Below, one piece after another: positions 9,222 to 19,091 of a stretch of 64,000 nt of DNA. Source of the DNA: a virus. Location of the stretch: positions 20,166-84,165 of the IMG/VR virus record IMGVR_UViG_3300027896_000023; one strand, given 5' to 3'. The notes below the pieces were generated by a model. The model did no database searches. It was not told the DNA's origin and saw nothing but the letters and a program-made list of their open reading frames with translations. How positions within the stretch are numbered: position 1 is the first letter of the stretch; every line of letters starts with the position of its first letter. A program made the translations under genes and the position numbers.

Positions 9222-9698
9222 ATGATGCCGAAGATAGATTCGCTGCAAGTTTTCATGCAAAACAATGGACTGCTGAAGCCCAAGCCCCCTCAACCTCCAC
9301 GTAAAAAACGTGAACCTACACCTGAACTTAGCTGGGAAGGCGGAAGCGAAGATGGAGACTCAGCGGAGTGGGAATGGGAAGACCTCATGACGAATCTTTC
9401 AGCTGTACTTAAGCAACTTCAGAAGCGCAACAACCATGAAGGCTACTGGAAAGCCAGCGTCACAGGCTTCGGATGGAGAAAGCAGGATGGAACGAAGGAC
9501 TTCAAAGCATATACAGCTGTAGAATTCCTCCGTACAATCCTGCCAGATACCGATTGCCACTTCGACATCTACGTAGACAAAGTAAAACATCAGCTTCGCA
9601 TCCACAACTTCCACCATGATGCACCAACAGGCGAATGGCACACGGTCAAGCCCATGACGTACCGTGAAGCAGACAAGTTCTACTCCACTGACAACTAA
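9222..9698 (+). CDS. Hypothetical protein (GFGWR / HHDAPTGE motifs)
   Basis: 158-aa ORF with typical codon usage. Confidence 0.7.
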   Translation: MMPKIDSLQVFMQNNGLLKPKPPQPPRKKREPTPELSWEGGSEDGDSAEWEWEDLMTNLSAVLKQLQKRNNHEGYWKASVTGFGWRKQDGTKDFKAYTAVEFLRTILPDTDCHFDIYVDKVKHQLRIHNFHHDAPTGEWHTVKPMTYREADKFYSTDN

Positions 9699-9857
9699 AA
9701 CAGGGGAGGGGTGAGTGAAAGTGAACAAACGAATTAAATGTCCAGCTTGCAAAGGCACAGGAAACGGCGCGTCTACAGATGTAGATTGCGATGAATGTAG
9801 AGGAAGCGGGTACATCTATATACCCGTGACCATAACACCATCAAGGATGTGAGTAAC

Positions 9858-9992
9858 ATGGTAACAGAAACAAGAAGAATAACAAACCGCAGAAACCAAG
9901 CAGTCATCAGAAAGAAACGCAAACAACTTGGCTTATGCCAACGATGCGGACAACCCCTACCAAAGAAACCTACAGGTGAAGCCACATCATAA
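9858..9992 (+). CDS. Small basic CxxC protein (not in ORF track)
   Basis: MVTETRR...RKQLGLCQRCGQPL; similar to the N-terminus of the convergent gene 9987-10283. Confidence 0.5.
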   Translation: MVTETRRITNRRNQAVIRKKRKQLGLCQRCGQPLPKKPTGEATS

Positions 9993-10283
9993 CCTACGTT
10001 GACTCCTACAATCTACACATCGCCCAAGCGAATCAAACTTTACAGCATCAGAAGATTTGCCACAGTACAGGCAACGCTTCAACACTACTACAGGTGAAAC
10101 CTGACTTGCTGTCGCCGCCACAGCAACTGCAGCAGCACGCCCCCGTCGAACAGGCGAAAGCTTCTTCTTTTCTACAGGTGCAGATGACTCGCCCAAAGAG
10201 TGCCCGCATTTTGTACAACAGTTCCTCGCTTTCCTTTCAGCGTACAAACGACGCATCAATTCAGCCTTAGTAAGCCTTACCAT
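9987..10283 (-). CDS. Basic zinc-finger putative DNA-binding protein
   Basis: Basic helix followed by CxxC and a second CxxC..CxxC; only minus-strand gene in this arm. Confidence 0.65.
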   Translation of the reverse strand: MVRLTKAELMRRLYAERKARNCCTKCGHSLGESSAPVEKKKLSPVRRGRAAAVAVAATASQVSPVVVLKRCLYCGKSSDAVKFDSLGRCVDCRSQRRL

Positions 10284-10372
10284 ACAGCATCAATTCAGCC
10301 TTAGTAAGCCTTACCATACAGCATCAATTCAGCCTTAGTAAGCCTTACCATACAACAGAGTAAGCCTTACCA
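10253..10372. repeat. Three perfect tandem 34-bp repeats plus a partial copy
   Basis: GCATCAATTCAGCCTTAGTAAGCCTTACCATACA at 10253, 10287 and 10321; partial AGTAAGCCTTACCA at 10359. Confidence 0.95.
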
Positions 10373-10419
10373 CAAGATAAGAGTAACGTTACCGCCAATA
10401 GTAACAGTTACTACACCTA

Positions 10420-10590
10420 TAGAAAGAACCAAACCCCCAACCAACCACCCACCCAAACATCAACGGCACTTTTTTGTATGTTGTTTTTGGTTGTGCGGAT
10501 TGTTTGTTTGTTGTTTGTTGTTGGAGTGGGTTGTTGATGGGCACGGCTGGTATATGTTGGGGTTCTCTGGGCATATTGTTCTTGTTGTTA
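10420..10590. other. Second A/C-rich to G/T-rich switch region, similar to 720-800
   Basis: AGAACCAAACCCCCAA..CCCAAACA followed by TTG-rich sequence. Confidence 0.45.
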
Positions 10591-10838
10591 CAGGTGTAGA
10601 TGTCATAGCATCATTTGGCACTGCTGAATTTGCTGGTGTCTATCATTCAAGAAAAAATGTTGAAGCATCAATGCGTACTCCGTTTCAAGCGGCATCACCA
10701 TGACAACATACATACTTTACGTTTGACAACACGTTTAAAAGACGGTTGCTCTTGTACAGTACAGGTGTAAGTGAGTGATATGCGGATGGATAGATGGGGT
10801 TGCAAGGGGAAGGAAGGAAAAGTTACAGGTGAAATTGT

Positions 10839-11024
10839 ATGGGTAAGTACGGTAGAAAACCTGAACAGGTAAAGCAAGACACGCATCCACGTCTCTGCCG
10901 AAAATGTGGAAAGCGAACCTACAGTTGGAGTTGTTGCGGTCAACAGACTGCACGAGTTAATGACAAAGCGTTTACCAAGAACAGGCTTAGCCAAAATCTC
11001 GGTGACAAAGCAGATTACAGGTGA
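10839..11024 (+). CDS. Small zinc-finger protein
   Basis: CRKC..CC; AGGTGA RBS. Confidence 0.55.
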   Translation: MGKYGRKPEQVKQDTHPRLCRKCGKRTYSWSCCGQQTARVNDKAFTKNRLSQNLGDKADYR

Positions 11025-11187
11025 AGAGGTGAAAATGAAATGAGTGAACCAAAGATTTACTGGCGAGACATCGGGGAACATGGTGCAATAACACAGCGCG
11101 ACGGATGCTACTACTGGGAGGCATGGCGAAGAAGCTACACCTGCACAACAATACCTGATGGGTGAAGCTAAAGTAAAGAATCGGTAA

Positions 11188-11213
11188 CCACGTGTGCCAT
11201 TTGGCAAACATGG
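11188..11213. promoter_or_regulatory. 26-bp palindromic site, copy 1 (parS-like)
   Basis: CCACGTGTGCCATTTGGCAAACATGG; near-identical copies at 34319 and 58411. Confidence 0.6.
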
Positions 11214-11220
11214 ATGCAAG

Positions 11221-11320
11221 CCATACTCCCGCCGAGTGTGGAAGAGTAACTCTCTTGTTCCGAAGGTTCGTCGGAAGACATTCACCGAACTGCAAAGCGG
11301 TCTGGTGACAAAGAGTTTAC
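11221..11320 (+). ncRNA. Candidate structured leader RNA upstream of the Ku-like gene
   Basis: Hairpin 11221-11241, then a multi-branch element closed by 11248-11258/11308-11317 with inner stems TTCCGA/TCGGAA and TCACC/GGTGA. Confidence 0.4.
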
Positions 11321-11344
11321 ATGAAAAATACAGGTGAAGAATGA

Positions 11345-12208
11345 ATGCGAATAGCATTAGCAGGATTTGAAGCCGACGTTTCCACTGAGTTAGTGAAGTC
11401 GGCTAAGCTGATTGATGAACCATTGATTGTTGAACTCATCAACGGCTACCAAGAAGTGTGTAAGTCATGCGTTTCTTGCGCTGGCTGCACGAAATATCCG
11501 TTCTGTTCCTCCATCGAGGTTAAGGAACGGAGTGTACCCTTGTATCCTACAGGTGAAACTTTTGTGGATGACGAGGGCGAAACCAAACCCGTCATGCGAC
11601 AGGGCGAACCCTACAAGCAAAGCATGAAAACCAAAGGCGTAGAAGATTGCAACGGCGTGTTTCGACAGGTGAAGAAAGGCGAGTACAAAGGATACGAAGT
11701 AGTAGCAGACCCATCTGACCCCACCAAGATACTGCTTGAAGAACGAGTCATGTTCGAGGAAGGCACAAAGATTCTTGACATCACTGAAGAAGACCTGTTC
11801 CCTGCAGGTGTAGAAACAAACTTCTTAATTGAGAAGCTCTACGAAATCTATCCGCACCATGACAAAAGCATCGAGAAGGATAACCGCAACAAACAGAAAC
11901 TCTACGAGATACATCAGCTACTCTCCGAGAAAAAGAAAGTAGCAATCAAGAATGGATTCGTGTGGCGTGGAGGCACGTATCAAGCGTGGGCTGCAATCAT
12001 TGAAGCTATGACTTTTGAAGATGGCAAATGGTTACTCACGTTGAAGACCACCCAAGCACAGCTTAGTTGGATTCATCCACAGGAAGTACCCGTTGTGTTG
12101 ACTGAACTACAGGTGAAGAAAGCGCCAACCGTGAACAACCTGACGGCGATTACAAGTTTCCTCAGCAAAGTAAAGGCTGAACAGAAGCCGCAACTGCAGG
12201 TGAAGTAA
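11345..12208 (+). CDS. Ku-like DNA end-binding protein with Cys-rich insertion
   Basis: Ordered Ku-like motifs: KGYE, TKILDI, EKLYEIYP, KLYEI..LL..KKKVAI, FVWR, LLTL. Confidence 0.6.
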   Translation: MRIALAGFEADVSTELVKSAKLIDEPLIVELINGYQEVCKSCVSCAGCTKYPFCSSIEVKERSVPLYPTGETFVDDEGETKPVMRQGEPYKQSMKTKGVEDCNGVFRQVKKGEYKGYEVVADPSDPTKILLEERVMFEEGTKILDITEEDLFPAGVETNFLIEKLYEIYPHHDKSIEKDNRNKQKLYEIHQLLSEKKKVAIKNGFVWRGGTYQAWAAIIEAMTFEDGKWLLTLKTTQAQLSWIHPQEVPVVLTELQVKKAPTVNNLTAITSFLSKVKAEQKPQLQVK

Positions 12209-12432
12209 GTTGGCTGACGACTTTCAGTTGATTGAACTGCGCAACCAACGACATGGATGAGGAAGAGTATGACCCCGAAGGAAAGAAAGTTAACTAGAGA
12301 ATTCGATGCCATCCTCAGAAATACAGCTGAAGATTTAGAGACAGGCGCAGAATCCATCAAGAATCTTCGGGATGCACATGGCAAATACTCTGTGGATATA
12401 CAGGAATCAAAACTTATGGAACGTGTTCAAAC

Positions 12433-12720
12433 ATGATGTATGAATCAGATGACTTCAAAGTTACACGCAACAAAGCTACACCTGAAAACCCCTTCAGCTT
12501 TACAACCAAAAGCAAATGCAAGAAGGGTTGGGTTTCAGCTAACTTCTTTTGGAAACCAAGCAACGTGACCATGCGAATCATCGGCGACAAGATACCATGC
12601 ATGGAGATAGCGTATCCATTCGTGAACCACAACGGCGGCGGAGTGCTGGCGGACATGGCACCGCAGGAACTCCTACGTACGCTGGTTAATCGACTGAACA
12701 TACAGGTGAAGAATCAATGA
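12433..12720 (+). CDS. Hypothetical protein
   Basis: ORF with overlapping start/stop codons. Confidence 0.6.
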   Translation: MMYESDDFKVTRNKATPENPFSFTTKSKCKKGWVSANFFWKPSNVTMRIIGDKIPCMEIAYPFVNHNGGGVLADMAPQELLRTLVNRLNIQVKNQ

Positions 12721-13133
12721 GTGAACAAGACGAATGTGAAGATTGCAACGGCACAGGCTACGAGAAACATGGTAGCGCAGATGAGAAGAAATGTACCACG
12801 TGTAAAGGCACAGGCAAAGTACCCCACACCTACACTGAAGAAGAGATAAACAAAATCATAAACTTCCATGGCGCCAACGGAAAACTCATCGACATCTTCT
12901 CCTTGCATGGCGTACTCTTTGTTGGCAATACTACACCTATAGTTACCTTAGAGAATGGACAAATCAAACACTGCAATGGATGGGACTTGAGTCACGAGGG
13001 ACAGTACACACGGTTCAGCACAGGCAACCTTGCAGTTTCCATAGATGACTTTTGGGATTGCCATACACCTGAAGAAGTACATGATACGTTCGGCGAACTG
13101 CTGGAAGAACGAGTCAAGGAGAATCTAGTATGA
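12717..13133 (+). CDS. Protein with DnaJ-type CxxCxGxG zinc finger
   Basis: CEDCNGTG...CTTCKGTG. Confidence 0.7.
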   Translation: MSEQDECEDCNGTGYEKHGSADEKKCTTCKGTGKVPHTYTEEEINKIINFHGANGKLIDIFSLHGVLFVGNTTPIVTLENGQIKHCNGWDLSHEGQYTRFSTGNLAVSIDDFWDCHTPEEVHDTFGELLEERVKENLV

Positions 13134-13318
13134 GTTGCCCTAATTGTGGAACTAAAGTAGTAGACGTCTTCGTCACCAGCAACTACACGTTAACCAAAGA
13201 TGGTGATGATTGGGTGCGAACAGACATCGAGAACCCAGTTGACGATTCAACCTACAGGTGTACCAAATGCCGTAAGGTGTTACCACCTGAACTGCTGGAA
13301 GAATTAGGAGTGACCTAA
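13130..13318 (+). CDS. Small zinc-ribbon protein
   Basis: CPNCG...CTKC. Confidence 0.65.
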   Translation: MSCPNCGTKVVDVFVTSNYTLTKDGDDWVRTDIENPVDDSTYRCTKCRKVLPPELLEELGVT

Positions 13319-13319
13319 G

Positions 13320-13520
13320 ATGAAAGAGTACACCGTGTACCTGAAAGAAATCATGGATGAAACCAGCGTGGATGCAGATGACGAGGCACAAGCGAAACGT
13401 ACAGCTGCAGATTTGTTTCTGGATTTTCACCCTGACCTGACCAGAGAATTTGTTGAGGCGCACATGGAGATAATCGAGACACGAGAACTGACAGCAGAGG
13501 AGGAGAAGGAAATTGGGTGA
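13320..13520 (+). CDS. Hypothetical acidic protein
   Basis: ORF; GGAGTGA RBS. Confidence 0.6.
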   Translation: MKEYTVYLKEIMDETSVDADDEAQAKRTAADLFLDFHPDLTREFVEAHMEIIETRELTAEEEKEIG

Positions 13521-14025
13521 CCATAGAACAAACGGTGAGAAACTTTACGATGAGTTCGACGGCTTGATTGACAGCGCCGAAGCGTATGGATTCCATGTGA
13601 TTGCAGAAAAGCTACGCAAGATTCGAGACCACACACCGAAGTATCCTACAGCTGTAGATGAAGGCATCAGTATGTTGAGGAAAGGAAAGAAGCCTCCTGC
13701 ATGGATAGAGAAGCTGGATGATGATGCATTGAAGGAGACACTTCAAGATTGTAAAGAAGCATTGAAGTCACAGAAGTGTGGGTGGGATACGCATACTGTT
13801 GAGGAACTGCAGCAGCTTGAGGCAGAAACTACAAGGCGCAAAGGCTTACGGTTCTTAGACCCAGCAGCCTACGACCAAGAACAGCTAAAGAAATACTTCG
13901 TGCAACCTACAGCTGCAGAGAATCCGAAGTGCCCCAACTGCAAGAACATCATGGTGATAGATACCACAGGTAAGTCACACTGCGAATACTGTGAGAAGGA
14001 GGCGAAGCAAGATGGCAGAACCTAA
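13513..14025 (+). CDS. Hypothetical protein with C-terminal zinc ribbon
   Basis: CPNC...CEYC. Confidence 0.65.
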   Translation: MGDHRTNGEKLYDEFDGLIDSAEAYGFHVIAEKLRKIRDHTPKYPTAVDEGISMLRKGKKPPAWIEKLDDDALKETLQDCKEALKSQKCGWDTHTVEELQQLEAETTRRKGLRFLDPAAYDQEQLKKYFVQPTAAENPKCPNCKNIMVIDTTGKSHCEYCEKEAKQDGRT

Positions 14026-14353
14026 ACAAAAATTTGTCATAAGAGTTCACTTCACCAACAACGATACCTACGCAGACTGGAGTACAATCTACATCAAAGG
14101 CAAGATACCTGACAAAGCATGGCTGAAGAGTTTGTACGATGGAGTGAATGAACCCAAAGACATGACGGTGCTGGGAACTATTCTTCCGCGACACCCGAAG
14201 ATTCCAGTTGTTAGTCTTGACAACATTGCAGGAACATACGACGACCCGTATGATGCAGCGAATTGTATACAAGACCTGTCTTCAGCTGAAGATAGAAAGC
14301 TAGGACAGTACACGAATGGACAAGGAGTCATTGTAGTTTACTACAAAGATTGA
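14012..14353 (+). CDS. Hypothetical protein
   Basis: AGGAGG RBS before ATG 14012. Confidence 0.65.
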   Translation: MAEPKQKFVIRVHFTNNDTYADWSTIYIKGKIPDKAWLKSLYDGVNEPKDMTVLGTILPRHPKIPVVSLDNIAGTYDDPYDAANCIQDLSSAEDRKLGQYTNGQGVIVVYYKD

Positions 14354-14363
14354 GGAATGAAAG

Positions 14364-14567
14364 TTGAGTAAGAAAAAGCAAGGACAAGTCATCGCCAATG
14401 GCGTACCTGTGTATGGCTTCGACGAATACAACGAGGCGGGTGCACGTATGGTAGCTGGCGGCGAGTTGAAAAAGATACTCCGTTTGAAGCGGAGTCTTGG
14501 AGAAATCCGAGTACAGTATCCATCGGGGCGAGAAGTCCTGATAAAAATATCAGAGGTAAACGAGTAA
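14364..14567 (+). CDS. Hypothetical protein
   Basis: ORF, translationally coupled to next gene. Confidence 0.55.
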   Translation: MSKKKQGQVIANGVPVYGFDEYNEAGARMVAGGELKKILRLKRSLGEIRVQYPSGREVLIKISEVNE

Positions 14568-15127
14568 TGAAAGTGTTTAGTTTTGACAAGGAAACATTGT
14601 TGGAAGAATTGAAGACTAACCCGAAGTGGAGTAAGTACCTCAGCATCTACAACAAAGAAGATGGAGACGGAGACCTGTCACAAAAGTTCAATGAAGACTG
14701 TACGGGCTGCTGCAACCCAAGCACATTGATGTTTGTGTTGGCTGACACAGAAGAGGAAGCAAAAGAAATGACCTTCAAAAACGAAGCTGGAATGTGCGGC
14801 GACTGCATGGCAACTGAACTGGCTAACACTGAAGGCGGGACCTACGAACTTCATTACCATAAAGATACAACTGCACCTGCAGGAAAAATCTACAAAGTCC
14901 CAGCGTGCGAATCCTGTGGGGAACCTTTAGAGAAAGTTCAGTTCAACGACTACACCACGTACACATTCAACGCGAAGATAGGACAGTATGAGAACACAGG
15001 CGGCGATGCTGAAAGCAAATGCAACGAGTGTGAAGCAAAACTGGGAGATGAAGTGGGCGACTTCGTTGGCGACTACCAAGCTACCAAGCTAATTAAAGAA
15101 AAGAAACCTACAGGTGAAACCAAATGA
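14567..15127 (+). CDS. Cys-rich zinc-binding protein
   Basis: Four CxxC motifs. Confidence 0.7.
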   Translation: MKVFSFDKETLLEELKTNPKWSKYLSIYNKEDGDGDLSQKFNEDCTGCCNPSTLMFVLADTEEEAKEMTFKNEAGMCGDCMATELANTEGGTYELHYHKDTTAPAGKIYKVPACESCGEPLEKVQFNDYTTYTFNAKIGQYENTGGDAESKCNECEAKLGDEVGDFVGDYQATKLIKEKKPTGETK

Positions 15128-15576
15128 ACAACAGCATTGTCACATCAATCATGGCAGAGATAACTCCTGATGACATCGACCCAACAACTGAAGCTATAAT
15201 CTTCCTTATCGATAATCGCTACAAAGAACTAGGCATCGAAACAAAATACGGCAAAACCATCACACTTGACACAACACCTAAACCTGAACGGCATGGCTAC
15301 AGCAGTTACTTTGAACCTCTTAACAAACAAGTTGCAACCTTAGACATCCGTAAGAAAGGAGCTATCAATGGCAAAGCTGAACTGCAATTCACAGCCCGCC
15401 CTGAAACCATTGGAGACGAAGACAATGAAGAGGAAGTATTCATTGTCACTGTGGAAGAACGAGGGATGCTAGATGCAACTGGAAACTACAAGCAGTTCAA
15501 GACGCCACGTGGAACCTACACAATCAAGGGTACAGAGAAAGCTGAGTTCAAAATTATCAACGAGGTGCTACCATGA
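15124..15576 (+). CDS. Hypothetical protein
   Basis: ORF with ATGA overlaps. Confidence 0.7.
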   Translation: MNNSIVTSIMAEITPDDIDPTTEAIIFLIDNRYKELGIETKYGKTITLDTTPKPERHGYSSYFEPLNKQVATLDIRKKGAINGKAELQFTARPETIGDEDNEEEVFIVTVEERGMLDATGNYKQFKTPRGTYTIKGTEKAEFKIINEVLP

Positions 15577-16256
15577 CCGAACTACAGGTGAAGAAACAGA
15601 ACCTCCGCCAACAGTTTGAACATTTCCTACTGACCGACTATCCTTCTGATGCAGGAGAAACATTGAAGGAAGCCCAGAAGTACGCTAAAGAAATGTACTT
15701 CAGTGACCCAGACGGCAGCATACCTGACCAATACATAGGCGAAGATATACTGAATGACATCAACAGCAAATTCTACCGTGTGCTTTCATTCATCCGCAGC
15801 CTATTCGAAGCGAAGCATCCAGAAGCTAAAGACGTCTTTATCAACGTAGACCCAAGCTACGAAGACCACACCTGCTATGTGGTACATCAATACAGCAGCC
15901 ACAAAGTTCTACTCAGTGGCAACGACAAAGCATGGAACTTCTGGTGGCGTAACGTGTATGAATTCAAACGGTTCGTAACGTCTACGCTTGAGGCGATGGA
16001 AGAAATCTACAAGCCCCAAACATTGCACGTAGTCATCAACAACTACGGCGGAGTTCTGAATGACATTGACCCATTCGTTGATGAAGCAGATGCATTGAAA
16101 CAGTTTGAAGTGTACGCTGAAATTCCCTATGCTACATACGCCAAACGCAAAGCAGCTTACGACAAAGGCAAACGCGGCAACCTCTGGGATGATGAAGACA
16201 CAGATGTACAGGTGTGGGAAATCAAAGTGATACCCAAAGGAGGCAAGCCTGAGTAA
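15573..16256 (+). CDS. Hypothetical protein
   Basis: 227-aa ORF; GAGGTG RBS. Confidence 0.75.
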   Translation: MTELQVKKQNLRQQFEHFLLTDYPSDAGETLKEAQKYAKEMYFSDPDGSIPDQYIGEDILNDINSKFYRVLSFIRSLFEAKHPEAKDVFINVDPSYEDHTCYVVHQYSSHKVLLSGNDKAWNFWWRNVYEFKRFVTSTLEAMEEIYKPQTLHVVINNYGGVLNDIDPFVDEADALKQFEVYAEIPYATYAKRKAAYDKGKRGNLWDDEDTDVQVWEIKVIPKGGKPE

Positions 16257-16355
16257 TGCCGTACCTTGTGAAAGCTAAGATAACAGGAGAGAGACAAAAG
16301 GTGAAGCGTCTTCTGGAAGAAGTAGACTTGCTTGCCCAACAACTACACGTGAAGG

Positions 16356-16628
16356 TTGAGTACGATGCCGTTGAATGATAACCTGCAAGAGTGGTACAAC
16401 GAACACATGAAGACACTCGTTGACCAAGCATCTAAAGAACAGCCCCTTCCCAAAGGAAGCAACATGTTAGAGATGGTGAACCGCCTGATAGCACGAAACA
16501 AAATCCATGCCAAGACACTGATACTCAAAGACCTACAGGTGCAGTTCAACCTGACACCTTACCCTGAAGAAGTGAAACTTGTCTGTCCCATTTGTGACAG
16601 AGAAATATCGGAGGAACATCCAGTATGA
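16356..16628 (+). CDS. Hypothetical protein
   Basis: ORF with C-terminal CPIC. Confidence 0.55.
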   Translation: MSTMPLNDNLQEWYNEHMKTLVDQASKEQPLPKGSNMLEMVNRLIARNKIHAKTLILKDLQVQFNLTPYPEEVKLVCPICDREISEEHPV

Positions 16629-17005
16629 AAGTTGAGATGAAAGAACAGAAACATTTGTGGATAGTCTTTGGAGACCAAGCTACCCGCAACCAAGCAGAGG
16701 TCATCATAGACCTTGAACACAACGATGTACGCATTTGCGATTATCGTAGCCAAGTAGTCAAGGTGCGGCTGAAACCAGACCTACAGGTGAAGGACATCTT
16801 AGTCAACGACGTATTCCAAGCAGTCGAACAGCCATCAACGCTTTTATTGCATTGCGTGGTGGCGGATTGTCGCCGCCGAGTAACAAGAAGTATTCGCAGC
16901 CATAAAAATGGGTACACCCAGGAGAATTTTACCAAGAGTTATGTTGCTATGTTCGAGGTTTACATTGGCGGATTTCGATATGAAAAGAAAACCGAAAAGA
17001 CCTAG
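16625..17005 (+). CDS. Hypothetical protein
   Basis: ORF; GGAGG RBS. Confidence 0.6.
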   Translation: MKVEMKEQKHLWIVFGDQATRNQAEVIIDLEHNDVRICDYRSQVVKVRLKPDLQVKDILVNDVFQAVEQPSTLLLHCVVADCRRRVTRSIRSHKNGYTQENFTKSYVAMFEVYIGGFRYEKKTEKT

Positions 17006-17281
17006 ATGCTTTCAGAAAGCGCACAGTGGAACAGAAGAGTTTGAGAAATGCCAACTGTGTCTTTGGCAAGATTGCTGTGAAGCACATTACCAACTCACTT
17101 AGGCTCTCTTAAGTTGGTTTACGATTAAAGATGCATCAGTTGTTATCCGCTTCCGCATCGACGGCAAAGTGCACCAAGAAATTGTGGACTATCCAATGAT
17201 CGAAGTCTCTGCAGACATATCCGCATTGAAGACGTACCTGCACAAAGCAGTAGCAGACTTCAACAGCAGGGGGAACAAGCA

Positions 17282-17893
17282 ATGACTGAAGCTACAGCTG
17301 CAGTTAAACCAAGCCGCTGCGACAACTGCACCGTTGATCCAGAAGTCAGACGCAACACCCATTGTTGTGAACAGTGCACTCCAGAGAATCCGCAAAGCCA
17401 AACAGAAAACAGCAGAGTCTTCCTCGTCGGCAGCCATTCAACAACAATACCAAACCTATCTTCATACCGCGTAACCAAGTATCCGAACGGAACCTACAGG
17501 TGCACCTGCAGAAACTTCATCTTCAACCGTGACAAACCAGACCAACCTGAAGACAAACACATCGCAGACGCCAAAGCCAAATCAGATAACGTATCTGAAA
17601 TCACCAACCTCGACATGAAAGCTGTACTGATTCATCTAGAGAACGTAGCCTCCATCATTGAGAAACATGCTGACTTACCAGACCAGCCGACAGTATGGTT
17701 TGGCCACGTGCGTGATACCCTGCGTGCCCACGAGTACAAACTTACAGGTGCAGATCAAGCGTACCTGATGACGGAGATCACCGGCGCCGAAACTTTCTGG
17801 ATGCGATTCGATCAGAAGCGCAGGCAAATAGACCATCCTGAAGTGAAAGCTTCAGGTGAAGAAAAGAAGAAGACAGGAGTGTATTTCTTATGA
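17282..17893 (+). CDS. SWIM-like zinc-finger protein
   Basis: YRV......YRCTCRNFIF...DKHI. Confidence 0.7.
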   Translation: MTEATAAVKPSRCDNCTVDPEVRRNTHCCEQCTPENPQSQTENSRVFLVGSHSTTIPNLSSYRVTKYPNGTYRCTCRNFIFNRDKPDQPEDKHIADAKAKSDNVSEITNLDMKAVLIHLENVASIIEKHADLPDQPTVWFGHVRDTLRAHEYKLTGADQAYLMTEITGAETFWMRFDQKRRQIDHPEVKASGEEKKKTGVYFL

Positions 17894-18027
17894 CCGAGAG
17901 AACAGCACACACCCAGTTACCTGGAGACAACCTTCTTCCAAAGAAGAAAGTAAAGTGCCCCTTCTGTCCCAAAGAGTTTGACACCGTTATAGAAATGATA
18001 AAGCATGATGATGAGGCGCATGAGTAA
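17890..18027 (+). CDS. Small C2H2 zinc-finger protein (not in ORF track)
   Basis: KCPFCPKEF.....MIKHDDEAH. Confidence 0.6.
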   Translation: MTERTAHTQLPGDNLLPKKKVKCPFCPKEFDTVIEMIKHDDEAHE

Positions 18028-19028
18028 TGCCTAAAGAAAGATGTATGTTAGGATATGACAGCGACTTATCTGCACTCCACATGGAGAACATCCATGAGTA
18101 TCTCGTGCAGGTAAAGTGGGATGGCAACCGTGCCGTAACAGAATTCAACAGAGGCACAGTGCACATCGTTGGCAGAAGCGGAGAAGATTGGACAGACCGC
18201 CTGCCTGAAATGGTAGAGGCCCTTCAGCAATTAGCCAAAGCTACAGCTGCAACTTACTTCAAAATTGACGGAGAGATTGTAGTGTTCAAGGATGGACACA
18301 GCCACCTGCCAAGCGCCAACGCACGAGTCCACACTAAAGATAGGCAACGCATCAAGCTGATCCTGCGACGCACCCTCCCCGTAACCTACATGATATTCGA
18401 CGTACTCAACTGGAACGGCAACGATTTTACAGGTGCATCTTTAACAAGACGCGACGAAATCCTGGAGAACATCTTCCAAATTCCACACATGTTACCAGAC
18501 GGAACCCGCCTAGACGGTCGCAGCCTACAGCTGCAGATTCCCGGCTTACAGAAAGTTCCAACGTACAGCAACCCTGACGAATGCTGGGAAGAGTGGGTAA
18601 TGAAACGTAAAGAAGAAGGAGTTATGCTGAAGAAAAAGGACAGCATCTACATGTTCGACCGCAGCAGAGATTGGTTGAAAATCAAAGCACGAGACAAAGG
18701 AACATTCAAAGTAGTAGGATACACTGCTGGCAATGGCAACCGAGAAGAACTCTATGGTGCACTGGTGATTGCTAATCCAACTACAGGTGCGTACTGTGGA
18801 CGGTGTGGTGGCGGCTTTTCACAGGAGATGGCTGAAGACATAATTACAGTTCTAAAGCATGAACCGCAAACGGGGTTACCTTTTACGGAGAGTGAAGTGG
18901 GTAGACCATACACTGCAGTTGATACACATATGTTGGTTGAGGTTGCTTTTCAAGCTACGGACAATTATAGTACAACTGGAAAGCTTCGAAGCCCACAATT
19001 AATACGCTGGTGGATACCTGAATCCTAA
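18027..19028 (+). CDS. lig: ATP-dependent DNA ligase
   Basis: Motif I KWDGNR, III DGEIV, IIIa FDVL, IV EGVMLK, V WLKIK, VI LRSP. Confidence 0.95.
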   Translation: MPKERCMLGYDSDLSALHMENIHEYLVQVKWDGNRAVTEFNRGTVHIVGRSGEDWTDRLPEMVEALQQLAKATAATYFKIDGEIVVFKDGHSHLPSANARVHTKDRQRIKLILRRTLPVTYMIFDVLNWNGNDFTGASLTRRDEILENIFQIPHMLPDGTRLDGRSLQLQIPGLQKVPTYSNPDECWEEWVMKRKEEGVMLKKKDSIYMFDRSRDWLKIKARDKGTFKVVGYTAGNGNREELYGALVIANPTTGAYCGRCGGGFSQEMAEDIITVLKHEPQTGLPFTESEVGRPYTAVDTHMLVEVAFQATDNYSTTGKLRSPQLIRWWIPES

Positions 19029-19091
19029 AACCAAATACTTCACAAACCTTATTAATGGATTCAACCATTAGGAAAACGATGTGAAATAACA

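Noticed and set aside
10253-10372. Possible CRISPR array
   Set aside because: Repeats are directly tandem with no unique spacers, and no cas genes are present
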